From Epiperipatus broadwayi (taxonomy: Eukaryota; Animalia; Onychophora), in NCBI GenBank assembly GCA_028023455.1, contig JAQFVV010000005.1:16864001-16928000 (forward strand): a stretch of DNA of 64,000 nt. Direction: 5' to 3'. The notes beneath the pieces were generated by a model, which was given only the letters and a program-made list of their open reading frames with translations, searched no databases and was not told the DNA's origin. Shown in pieces: positions 37,326 to 50,500 of the stretch. A program made the position numbers and the translations under genes. Each line of letters begins with the position of its first letter. The stretch's first letter is position 1.

Positions 37326-38888
37326 GTAAATATAGAAATCAATACATAAAGAAAGGAGGAAGAAGTAAATTGTATTACTTCCATAAAGAGCATATATGTT
37401 TGTGTGTGTGTACGTGAATATATCACACAAAGTTTAATTAAGTTGATAAAATAAAGATTTTAATGAATCATTAAATTCAAGAGTTGACATAATTTTGATA
37501 CTCAAAAACATTTGTCTGATGAAAATTTCATTTTAGTGTTAAAAATTATTTTCAAGCTTGTTCAATTGCTTAGCTTCTAACAGACGTAAAGCAGTATCGT
37601 ATCAAGGGTTATAATTCAGTTGTTCTCAACTTGGTAGATCTAAATAAAACTGACAATTGATACAATTTTTTTTTTTTTAGTTTTTAATATAATCAAAAAT
37701 CATCAGATAGCTTTAATCAGTAATAGTATGTTGAGAAATGAATGTAAAATCTTTTGCACCAAGTATATTCTCAATTCTTTTAGAAGAGATTGAAATAAAT
37801 TTAAGATGCTGGACAAAATGTTTAACATGAGTGGTTGAAATCTTTGCTTTGTCTTGCCGATGTGAAAACAACTCTATATTTGTCGGAGTTAAATTACCAT
37901 CCCATTTAATACAAATGAATGCCCAATCAAGAAAAATAAAAAATTTCCAATTACTCATCAAACCAACAGACAAACATGAAATCTTCAATAGCGTGCTTGA
38001 TATATTAGAATACAGACACATCTGTATCTCTGACTAATCATAAAATTAAAAGACCAAAAAATTAGAATCAATATCAAATGCCACTCATTTAATTTACACT
38101 TACGGAAGAACTTCATACGAACGTTACCAAAGGACTGTACCTGAACAATGTTCTCAGAGGTTGTAAATCTTTGCTCATTTCTAGAAACGGTAAATTACTT
38201 ATTTCACATTAAAGTTACATAAACAGATCATCCTGGAAAGCTAATAGTAATAAAAGGGTGATTTACAAAATAATTGAAATATGATTTATTTAAAAGAACA
38301 CAAAAAAGAAAAAAAATATCTGTATACTGAGTACTAGAATGATATGACTGTGTGTGAATATTATATTTATATAAACCATAATTATAAATATATCATTGCT
38401 AATAATACTAGTATATAAAGGCTGACTGAATCACAAAAACATAAGCCTGTATTAATTCATAAATTTCTTAATCACATACATTTCAGAGATGTACAATTAA
38501 TCCCTACCAGCTAAGTATTCCCTTTATATGTCTATCATGGTCAGATATCCCTTGCATTGCATTACAGCTATTCCATGTGCAAAATAAATCCCTAATATGT
38601 ATCTACTTCACTTCTAAATGAATAGACTGAGTCACCTTAGATAATTTCAAAAGAAAAGAAAAATCTCACACAAAAGGGCAAAAATAAACAGATTAAAATT
38701 GACATAATAGTGATAAATGTTAGATACTCATAGTAAAGGGGTTAATTCAATATTTTTATTGTTACTATTCATATCATAGAATCAAGTTGGGTGAATTTAA
38801 ACATACAAGTATGTGTACATATAAACACAGTAGTTATATCATATGTGAAAAGCCTGTGTGGATTAGACTGATTGATGTTAGATGGATC

Positions 38889-39177
38889 AATGAACCAAAG
38901 AATTAATAAATAGGTTATATATATGTGTGTGCTTTGCACACAGATAATGAAGCTATTTAAAATTAAATGTTGCTGCTGAGCACGCTTTTGGGATATTTCA
39001 TAGTCCCATATTTATGTCTATTAGAATTTATTTGAGAACTATAATGGTCTTCTCAAATAAATTCCAGTAGCCATGAATATGGAACTATGAAATATCCCAA
39101 AAGTCAGCTCGACAGAAACATTTAATTTTAAATAGCTTCATTATCTGTGTACAAAGCATATATATATATATTCATTG
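38889..39177. repeat. Long inverted repeat, ~115-bp arms, 13-nt loop
   Basis: e.g. cagataatgaagctatttaaaattaaatgt / acatttaattttaaatagcttcattatctg. Confidence 0.9.
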
Positions 39178-40159
39178 CTAATGAAGTAAAGCTGCAACTA
39201 TTTAAATAGGTTATAGTACTGCTATGTAAGAAATGCACATATAACTTAGTCATGATATTATATAGGATGCATAATAGTGGACCTGCTAGCGAGTAATGAG
39301 GGTAATTTGGAGCTAATATAGATTATAAGTATGTTGTGAATCACAATAATGAAAGTAAATGAGTTTAGAACTGATCTTATTAAAAGTGTGAAATTAATAA
39401 AAATAAGGAGACTCTATAAGTATGATCTATACTGCCTTAAACTAAATTCCATTCCTATTTAAAATGTATCTAGCATGCATATAGTTATGAAGTCATGCAT
39501 GAGATAGATACCAAATATGTCAACCTGCAATGATAACAAGAGATAGTGCAAAAGCATCCTTGTTAAAGATAAAGATAGCCTCCACTCAGAAATAACTTTA
39601 ATCATATTCAGATATCCTTTCACTGACTGGAAACCTCAATTATTTTCAGATTTGTCAACTCATGGTCAATTAGATACAGATCTTTTCAAGTACAGATATA
39701 GTAAAATTGTTTTGTCTTTAAAATAAGCAACAAACTCAATATAAATCTTTAAATATTGTAAAATAATTGCACCTGTTTATTCCATATTCTTAGAATCTCC
39801 CACATTTCTTTTATACAGATGCAATCAACATTCCTACCTCCATCTGTTAAATTGTATGCGCAGACACCTATTAATCTACATCTGTTGTTATTGTGTAACA
39901 TATAAATGCAGGAGAACCTATTTAGATTTAGAATATTATGACTATATGCTTTATAATTTTAAGAGATACAAACTCTATTCAGATTATTGCCTTATGAGGA
40001 TTGGGTTATAGCTGGAAGACTTTGAAGATCAAGGTTTATGGATTTCAGCCAGTTCTACCCCTTCCAGTTTCTGAACTTTTTAAGAACTTCCAAGCATCTA
40101 TTCAAATTAATTAATTTATAAGGTCTGCAGACCCCAATCATATAAATACACATAAAGAT

Positions 40160-40297
40160 AATACCTATAGAGGGTTTGAACTCAGGCTTTCAAGCAACCT
40201 TCAACTATCCACTATCTTATACTACTGATATACATGACCACACACATGTAGAAAAGATAATTAATCACCAATATATGCATTTCTGTGTGTGGTCATG
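40160..40297 (-). mobile_element. Truncated family X copy with short fold-back
   Basis: Minus-strand X segment from GAAATGCATATATTGGTG (40283) onward; CATGACCACACACA (40233-46) is mirrored at 40284-97. Confidence 0.8.
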
Positions 40298-40823
40298 GGT
40301 ATGATAGAAGTACATCTTCTTGAAAGCACTCAGCCATTTAATTTAGTTTTATTTGTTGTTACAGCTTTACGTTGGAAGTGTGATAGCACGATTTAATATT
40401 AACCTATACATTAATGAATTATTACATTAATGGGGTATATAGTTACCAAACTCAGATTATTTACCTGATGATCCTTAATAATTATTATTATTACACTGAT
40501 CCACTTTGAATCAATGCCAACTACCTGAATGGATCCTGGATACTTTATCAATTCTAGTAGCTTAATCCTCAAATAGCCAAATAAACCAGTCTTATTAGAC
40601 CAGCAATATAACCAGTTTTATGTGCCACCTATAATAGATTCATATTGTCCCTCAAATCATCACAATATATGTGACTTAATCATTATCTTTTTTTCTCCTA
40701 CTGAATGCATGCATAATTCATAAGTTAAAAAATTTTGACTAAATGATAATGCATGACCATTGTTAGTCATAGTTTGTCATTTTTTACTATTCTTAACATT
40801 AATTTATTCAAGAGCTAGCTCCA

Positions 40824-40855
40824 GCTCTGCCATCTATTGGAGGCCTAAGTAATCA
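40824..40855 (-). promoter_or_regulatory. Bipartite CTCF-like motif copy
   Basis: Minus strand TGATTACTTAGGCCTCCAATAGATGGCAGAGC, same spacing. Confidence 0.4.
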
Positions 40856-42636
40856 ATAGATTCTAGATATAATACTTATTAAATTCCTATCTAGTATTGG
40901 CTCACTATATTCTTAGGCTAATTTCTGGTTTATGATATCAGTAAGAAGTTTTGGACCTGGATCTAATATATATTTTAGATAAAATGCATTTTGGATTCTT
41001 ATTGGTTTTGATAGTCTGCTGTTATACAAATTCAGGTGATAAGAAATGATTCTCTCATGGGCAAATAAGTTATATTTCATATCTCTCCCATCTCTGCACT
41101 CCTTACAGGCATTTTTTTTATGTTTTCAAGGCTACATTGTTGAAGCATTAGGTAGTACACATTGATAGAGCTTATCAAATCATATTTATTTTTCTAACTT
41201 TTGACATTCTACCTGTTTGGTTCAGTACTAAAATAAACTAATAACAACAGATTTCTAAGATCATATATAATGCTTCTGATGCTAGAATTGAAATCTTTCT
41301 AAACTGTACAGTACTGGGGATGTGTACTTTGGCTCTCTACAAACAGTCAGTTTTCTTCCCCTCTTTATTCTCTTCATATAGCCTTTGTTGTTGTTTTTTA
41401 ATTTCATAATTACCCTTAATTACATGTTGTTCAATTGAATATAGCTTTGTCTAAACTTGATTAATTAGTTCTTGTTTTGCTTGTTTTATCTTTATAGAAT
41501 TTAATCTTGATTTGTTTATTATGCAGAGTTATAAAGTATATATATATTTAATAACTTACAGTGGCATATTACTCTTAATATACATGAAGTTTTTCAAATT
41601 TTACAGATACCTTTATACAATCACCCAAATATGATTTAAATTATCTATTCAAATGAGAATAAGACATCAAATTTTTTTTTTCATTTTATTGTAGAATGCT
41701 TGATTTATTCCTCTATTTACATTTGTTTAATTGGGGAAAATACATGACTACACTATAGCTAGCCCAATTTTGTGTCATTACAATATTTGTATAATATATG
41801 GAGGAAAGATTAAACCCAAGAATGGCTATTTATAATTGTTATGTCCTATTGTCATTAAAAGTTTGAACTGATTTTGTGAACAGAAAATGAATAGAATAAC
41901 ATAGGCCTGTTTCTATTAATACTGTTTGAAAAAAGTTTTTCTTTCAAAGTGTCGTATAAATTACATTTAAAAATAAAAAGAAATTTTAAATTCATGTTGG
42001 AAAAAGATGAAAACAAATAAGATGAATATAAATAAGAAAATTCAAATTATTTCAGGAGAATATAACAAAAGGCTATAAAGTTTAAGAATAAAACTATTTA
42101 CAGCTCCTATTCGTTAATAAACTTATGCACAATGTGGAACATGGCCTTTTCTTTTTTAAGTCTAAGATCACACTTGATGGCAAAATCATACATTTAAATA
42201 ATCCATAATTTTCTGAGATTTGTTGCCATACAATAAAAAATTAAAAAAACTATAAAAAATTATTTATTAATTCTTCTAGTTATATAGTCATAGAAAGACA
42301 AATAATAATTATTTCTATTTGGAATAGATAAATATTCGAATTTTATTCTTGTTTGTTTTATTTTTTAATAAAACCTATACTTCTGGAGAGTAGATCATAA
42401 AATCTATTAATAAAATAAAATGTAGCATCTGTAAAAGTTGACATTATATTAGTAGACAATTTTTTGGGGGCTATGATAATGCAGCAAGAAAACATCTGAT
42501 CATAAATAGTAGCTTTTCATGATTTTTGACAAGTTATGTTAGACCACATTACTTCAAAAGCATAACTATTGATTCCAATGAGTCTTCTGGCAATAAGCAA
42601 ATCGCTGGCAATAGTGACTAAGTGTTTTCTTATTGC

Positions 42637-42957
42637 CAATAAACATCACATGACCACCATTTCTTATGCTTGTGTATAGCTGTTGTTAAAACAGACAAAA
42701 CTCACTATATATATTGCCACACACAGCAAGCTAGAGTAATCAGTGGATGCCAGAAGGCTTGTGCATAAAATCCCCATCTAGTGCCTATTCATCCAATATC
42801 CCCAGACTAGTTTCTGGCTCCTCACTGACGAAGGCCATAAGCCAGAAATTAGTCTGGGGATATTGGATGAGTATGCACTAGATGGGGATTTTATGCACAA
42901 GCCTTCTGGCATCCATTGATTACTCTAGCTTGATGTGTGTGGCAATATATATGGTGG
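42637..42957. mobile_element. Family Y copy 2 (fold-back, HHR core 42825-42831)
   Basis: Arms 42706-42819 and 42840-42952, tail on the left, 11-bp direct repeat TTTCTTATTGC at 42626-36 and 42958-68. Confidence 0.85.
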
Positions 42958-43299
42958 TTTCTTATTGCTCGATCATAATATCACAGGGCTCTTGGGAAAC
43001 AACAAATTTGATTTGTAAATCAAACCTTTAAATATAAGTCGTACAGAAAGTATGAAACTACCATCAATTAAGATTAAGTTGTCCAACTTGCAGCAAATCT
43101 ATTGCCAGGAAACTCTTTGAAATGACTAAACCTGCTTTGCGTCCCATTCCTTACAATAGGAATAAAAATCGTACGGAAAGCAATATTAAATTATCAATAG
43201 TGAAATTAAGTAGTTTTTAACTGGCTGTACATCACAAGAAGCATCCATCAGTTTCTTGACAAATTGCTGATAACGAATGAACAATTATTTCTTATTGCA

Positions 43300-44050
43300 T
43301 GGCCAGAATAACTGTTACTAGATAACTCCATTAATTTTGCGTGCGTGATAAACCAACTTTGTACGTGTTAGACGATCCAATAGATCATTTTACACGCACA
43401 TACGAATCGATTGCGAAGACATCACAGTATTCGCAAACGGAAACTAAAACGGATATTTTTGTTTAAAAGATTTAACTTTTCTTAAGACGTCTTCCTCCAC
43501 TCATTATTATTTTTTAATCCTGACATATTTAAACGAAAAATTAAAAGATTATAATATTTCATGAAAACAAACAGTAGACTTCGCATTATGGTAATTAAGC
43601 GTTATGCTTTTTTTTAAAAAAAGTTTTTTTTTTTATAAAACAATAAAAGTAAATTACCAGATCGGGTGCAAACAAAGCTTTGTTTTAGAATAGCGTGTAA
43701 TAATTTTAAATCTAATTACCATATTTATATTTTAAAAAAAGCCAAATTTCCGACCGAAAAAGTTTCTTTAATTCAAAGATAAGAGATTGTTTTCTTTTTC
43801 CGGTATAGGGTTTACAGACAAAAATGTGTGCGTGTGTGTGTTTTATAAAAAAAGTTAATAATATTGTATCACATAATATTTACCTTGAATGAAATGATTG
43901 GTCACGTCTTGCGTATTAACATAAATCGTGTAGCAGACAGCGCAATATTTTTTTTAAAAAACTATCCACTGAAGCCTCTTTACGAACTGCTGATCACGTG
44001 ACATTTGAAAAATCAGATTATTTTGATCTGATTTTTAAAAGTCAGAGCTG
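43300..44050 (-). promoter_or_regulatory. Candidate promoter / 5' exon region
   Basis: Local CpG retention, ATTGG, GATCACGTGAC E-box near 43995, minus-strand AAG|GTAAAT donor near 43885. Confidence 0.3.
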
Positions 44051-44829
44051 CACTGAACTTTTTTTTTTTTTTTACTCGTAATCATATTAATCCTTAGATT
44101 TTTTATATCATTTGATATACTTTCAAATTTTAAAAGACTTCTAAAATATTTTACGCCCCCCAATATTTGATTGATATAAAAAAAGTGTGTCAAAAAAATG
44201 TTTCTCAATCCAAGATCTTATAAATTTAGACCCATTGTAATATTTTTTTCACTAGTATACCCCTTTAAAAAAACTTGATAATGAATCACTGCCAAAAATG
44301 TACATGTACATCGCAAAATTAAAAGAAGTTATCATCGATTGTCTCATTCCTAAGCAAAATTATCATTGTTTAATGACTACTAGATCGTAAAACTTCAAAT
44401 TAATCACTGATTCCATTAATTGAGATTATCTCTGCCTTAGATAAATGTATTAATTCTTCATCATGAATATGTCGTACTTGTAATTAAAAATTATTTATAA
44501 AGTCAATCGTTCTATCAATCTAAAGAATTTTCAGTAATCTATTTTCCATCACACTTTCAAGAAATGTTGCGAGAATTAAAGCTAAACCCGAATTAAAAAT
44601 AAATGCTAAAAAGACTAAGTCAATATTCAATTGCTTTTCCAAAAAAGATTGATAGTAATGAATTAGAATAATAATAAGAAGAAGAAGAAATGTCTTGGTC
44701 TGTATTTATTGTATAAATATGAAACTCGGGGACTTACTAAAAAAAAAAAAACATAATACAATGACTTAACACTACATGACAAAATAGAAAAAATATATGT
44801 TGGAAATAACAAAAAGAGCTCAAAAGTGA

Positions 44830-45060
44830 AATATATAAATAAGAAAACAAATAGATCATTATTAACGTTATTAACAAAAATAAGTTTAAATGTTGATCAG
44901 ATGGACAAGTCATTAGAAGAAAGATAAGTTTTATATTGAATTAGAAGAAAATGTAATATGAACTATAAAGTGACCAAGTGTTGAGATAGATAGATGAAAT
45001 AAGAAAGGTTTCTCATATATTTAGAAAAGGGAAGAAATGGGTTTGATCATGATGATGATA
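44830..45060 (+). mobile_element. Decayed RTE 3' end
   Basis: Degenerate RW.GH.RR and RW.DEIRK segments followed by a GATGATGAT tail. Confidence 0.5.
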
Positions 45061-45535
45061 ATTGGAAGAATGTTTTGGTGAGTGTATATTGGAATGGATA
45101 ATGAGGGAGGAAGTAAATGAATTTTCAGTAGCAGAAAAAGGTTTCAGAGAATAAGAATATTTGCTGAAATTGGATAACAGGATCTCTAGGCTTATAAAAT
45201 ATAGACAAAAATTCTGTCTTTAGCTAAAGGGAAGCCATTTGGCATCATCATTATAGATCTGATTATCAAAAAATATGAAGTTGCTTATCCTAACTTTTAT
45301 GTTCTCCACTTACAAGTCTCTGCATGAGTAGCCTACTCATTAGATTATACTATTCATATTTTTAAGTGTTTCCAATATAGAAATGCAATCAGCACATTTA
45401 ATGAGTTTCACCATATCCCTGATTAAGAATCCAATTAATTACTTTGTTATAAATAGAGGCACCTCAAACTGAATTTAAAAGTGTTTTTAGTACAGTGGCT
45501 CATATTTGAGTATTAAAATAAGTTATATGAAGGAT

Positions 45536-46560
45536 CAACGAATATGAGTTGCTATTATGCTTTGGATTTGTAGATTATGAAAAGGCATTTGATTCTATTA
45601 ACATTTCTTCCGTGAATAAAGCATTGGATCATCAAGGTATAGATATAGGATATTATCATATTCCGAAGAATATTCATAAAAATGCAACAGCAATAATTAT
45701 ATTATATAATGATACCAGGAAGGTTAACATTGAGAAGGATGTAAGACAAGGTGACTCTATATCTCCAAAACTTTTTACCCCAGTGCTGCAAAAAGTATTT
45801 TGTGGATTAAAATGGGAAGCTAAAACTAAATGAAGATTATTTAAGTCATTTGGATTTTGCAGATGCAAACAATGCTTTAGAGCTTCGTGAAATGTTGCAG
45901 GAATTGTCAGATGAAAGTAAGAAAGGTAGGACTAAAGGTAAATGTTAAAAAATCTAAAGTAATGTTCAATGAATTTTCTCAAAAGATGAAATTAAAGATT
46001 GATTATGATGAGTTAGAAGAAGTTAACAACTACAAATACCTTGGTCAGATTATTGCTACAGATGGAAACATACTGGATGAAATTAATCATAAAATTAAAA
46101 TTAGTTGAAGTGCTTTCAGTAGAAATAACTTAATATTAAAAGGAAATATTCTTATGTGTTGGAAAAGATTTTTAATAAATGTATTTTGCCAGTTAACAGA
46201 AGAACAATACAAAGAGAATTCAGACAACTCAATAGGAGTAACAAAAAGAAATTGAAAATGAAATACATGGGTAAGAAAACAAACAGGTATTACTAACATC
46301 ATTGAAAGAATTAAAAGACACATGGAATTGGGTTAGATATATTGCTAGAAGAGATGATAATAGACTGACAATTAAAATCTTAAACTGGACTACAATACTT
46401 GTAAAAAACCTAGAAAGAAACCATATGTGAGATGGTTGGATAAAGTAAAAAATTGTGTTGGGGTGATGTGGGGGAAAAACCCTACAGATTGGAGAAACTG
46501 GATTGAACTTGGAGATTATCATCTCGCACTGGATTGATAATGGTTGAAAATGATAATGAT
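45536..46560 (+). mobile_element. 5'-truncated RTE LINE (same family as 9382-10850)
   Basis: ORF track FVDYEKAFDSI, RQGDSISPKLF, NYKYLGQ; 3' end tggattgataatggttgaaaatgataatgat. Confidence 0.92.
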
Positions 46561-47726
46561 ATATATACACACATACACTATTACTTAGACATTTTAATAC
46601 ATTATAATATATTAGTTTTTAAAAATTAAACTATTTAATATGTGTACTACACACCCACGCACGCACACACGCGTGCGTGTATATATTGGCCAAATATCTT
46701 AATAAATAGGGACTCCATTTTTAATTCTAGTTAAAATATGGAGTTAGGCTTTTCTAAGGCAACAGCCAGTCAAAAGAAGCTGCATAAGCTATCACAATAT
46801 TAGACTATTAGTGTTATAATAGTGTGTGTATATATATATATTCTGATCTGTAATCTCGTGCATCTTCACTTCAGAATAGTATATGATATAAAATAAAACA
46901 GGTTCTAGCTCAGTTAATAGTTAATAAATAAAATATTCAGCATTAAAATTAAAATGTTTCACTAGCTCAAATTTACAATACGAATAAGGTTCAGTTTATA
47001 AAAATAAATTAAATAAATATTTAATATTTTCATGAGACTTGAAGTGAAAATACAGGTGACAAGATAGATTACATTGAGCCAATATCCCACAGGATACTAC
47101 CTCAATGGCATAAGAACACTATCCCCCCTTTATTACTATTTCAAATAACAAACTCATAGTATTCTTATGACTTTAATAACTTCTACTCACTAAGATTAAG
47201 TTAATAATTAAATCTTAATCTTCTATTTAATAATAATCTAGCTCAAATAAAATAATCTCAGGTTCATAAAGTTTATTCTAAGTTAATAAAAATACGGTAG
47301 TAAAATATGAGAAGGGATTTTATGTCATAATCTACTACACTGAAACTAATAATAATAAATAACAGTAATAATATTCTTCATTGTTTAATTAATTCTGTAT
47401 ACCTTTTCTTTTTACTATAATTTTATTACCATAATAAAATAACGAAATAATATCATATGATCTTATATCTTTATGTAATGATATAATAAATACGTGGTAG
47501 CATTTTAATAATCTGACAAAAAAAATATGTGTGGCAATTGATAGCATATAATTTAATATAATATTGCGATAACTGATTTATGACCAATAAAATAATGTAA
47601 GATTATGATTACTTAATTATAATGAATACCAATAAAATATTTAAAATTCTTAAAATAATTCTCTATTTATCTTTTGTGCAAAATTATATATTTGTTTCAA
47701 TTATTATGCATATATCGTGATTTCAT

Positions 47727-50500
47727 GCAGCGATGTGGAGAAATAAATAACTCGGACACAAAATTTTTGAAATAACAAAATTTAACAAAGTTTATTACTA
47801 AAAACAAATAAATAAACAATTTATTTACACTATTTACAGTGGATATCCTTAACTTTTTTACTTTACAGTTTGATCTACCGGGTTATTAAAAAAATAATTT
47901 ATATTTCAATTATATCTTTATTTAGATTTAGGACAAAATTTTAAAAAAATGTTACTATTTGGTTTCTCATTATGGTTAACTTATTACAAATATATTTATC
48001 TACTTTATTAGCAACAGCATTTTATCCTTAATATTATTAAACTATCTTATTTTAAAAATTCATACTTAGAAAACATTCTATAGAAAACAAAATTTTATAA
48101 TGAGTATGGATTTCTCAAAATATTAAAAAAAAATTTATCTTGCAAAGTCAAAGATGTTACACAAAATATTATCCAAAATTCAGTACTAGATTTTAGTATT
48201 TATCACACAATGTTTACTAATCATAATATATTTTTCTTTAAGCCTTACTTTAGTATGATATAAGTGTAATCATCAATATATTTCTGTTAATCAATAAACA
48301 AAAAATATACTATGCATATTGTTTACATAATTTACTTTGTACTATTGTATTTTAAAAATATGCAATACTTATTTTTCTCTTAAAAAAAAATAATACTAAA
48401 GCATTTAAAATTATTATCACTTTAAAGAAAATATCTTTGTTTAGATACTTTATTTTAAAAAGTTTATATTTCATTTCCGAAATAAAATTCAAAATATATT
48501 CTATGATTCTTTTCTTTTCTTAGGATACTTTGGATCTTCAATTTTAAGTTATAATATTCTGCTCCTTCTAAGCAAATAAACCAATCTTATACAAAACGAT
48601 AGCATAACCTAAGTTCTAAATTATTTATCACTTCTCTTAAACATATCTTATTGAACGATGCAGTTACATGAAATAAAGATAGCAAAAACAGATGCATAGG
48701 ATTAAGGAAGAAAGCTAAAATATTACTCTTAACATATCTCAAAATCATGGTACAGTGCGAAGAGGTATGACATTTACCTGCCTAATATCCTCTAGTACAG
48801 GGACGATGTTAAAGCTATTTCTTCAGCTTTATTAGAACATCAAATATTTAAAGAAATATAAACACTGTCCAAATAAAATGTGTATCAGTCATAGGGCTTT
48901 GTTAACTATGCTGATATTCACATAAAGACTAAATATTATTTCCATTCCTTATAACATCCTATTTCTTAAAACATCATCTTGGTTTCCTGTTCACTAAGTA
49001 CTTCCAAGCCACTATCTCAACATTATTTCTCAAGATTTTCCACATCTTACATCGATAAATAACTATCTGCATTTACAAAACAATAAATAAAATTCATTAA
49101 TAGTTAAACAATCTTACGATTCCATAAGAAAAGTTGCTTAATTCATTGCTCTGTATGTTTAATCATATACAATCTACTTAGACAATATTTGAATATCCCA
49201 TAACATGAAAATTTTAAAAGAATCACATAATTATTTGTTATATTGGATTATATCACTAATAAATAAAAAAATCGTCGTATGCATATTTTCAAATCAATCC
49301 TATCTCATAATGTTTTTTAAAATGTTGTATGAAATGCGGTACATATAAGTAAAAAACTTTTACACTTCATTCTTCCAATTTATGGATGATCTAAAGAAAA
49401 CAAAAAAAATATATACATTATAGTTATTATTATTACCAATAACCTTTATCTAGTCATGGTATTCAGTAGGCTTCCTTTATCCACGTGAGCATTGCAGATA
49501 TAAAAAAAAATTCACACCCATACACTTTATATTAAAATATTTTTAGCTAAATTATTAGATTGTTATATTATAAAATTTTAATATTAATAAATTAATATTT
49601 TTATGTTTTTCCTAATCTTATATAAAAATTTATATTTAAACTAGGTTAACAAAATAAAAAAAAATAAAATTACATATTTTCTTGACGATAGTTCCTGATA
49701 AGTCCAAAATGTTTATTATTTTCTCTAGAGTTTTTTAAAAATGTTCTCCTCTAAGTGCGTTAAAGTTTAAAATAAAAAATGATTATTAATCCATTTAGTA
49801 AAATTTATAGAAAATAATTCTTGGTTTTAGTATTTAGGACAATAATTATTAAATCATAATATTAATTAATCCCGTGAAGCTTCTTAATCTTCTCTACCAA
49901 TATTCTCTGCGTATCCGATGCATCAATCCATCTAATTTAACTTTAAAAATATTCGATAAACTTTTAAGTACTATTTGTATTTCCATGCATCCATCTTTTA
50001 TTCAACTATGTGTTCACTTTTTTATATATGTTTCCTTCTTGATACATTTAAACTTTCGTTTGGTATTTTTTATAAATCTCTTTTAAAAATAAAAATAAAA
50101 TGTTACCTTCAGAAAAGATATAACATTTTACTCCTTTGAATATCATATTATATAAAGTGATTCATGAAATATAATTGTCTTATTATTATTTAAAAAATAA
50201 ATCTTGGATAGGCTTATAAATAATAATGCGTCTCCAATTTTTTTCATTAGACTCCGTATGATGTCCGAGCTGTGGTTTTTTATGTACCAAAACAGTTTCT
50301 CGGTGAAATATTAATAAAGCTGTATCAATAAATATTCCAAACATTTTTACAGTATTACAATTTATATCCATTTTATTCCACAGTATATCCATTTTTTTAT
50401 TGCGTAGTTTAGGTTAAACTTTTAGATAAAATACGACTGATAAAGGAACTTTAAAAAATTTAACAAAGCATGTTAAACGAAATTATTAAAATATTTTTTA
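47727..50500 (-). mobile_element. Possible very old LTR-retrotransposon remnant
   Basis: Minus strand AATAAA..TCTCCACA LTR-like end at 47727; fragments HVDKGSLLN (protease-like) and QDDVL (RT-like); no second LTR or TSD confirmed. Confidence 0.3.

Noticed and set aside
37713-38037. Overlapping 102-aa (-) and 68-aa (+) ORFs
   Set aside because: No recognisable domain or clear splice signals; cannot be supported without a database search
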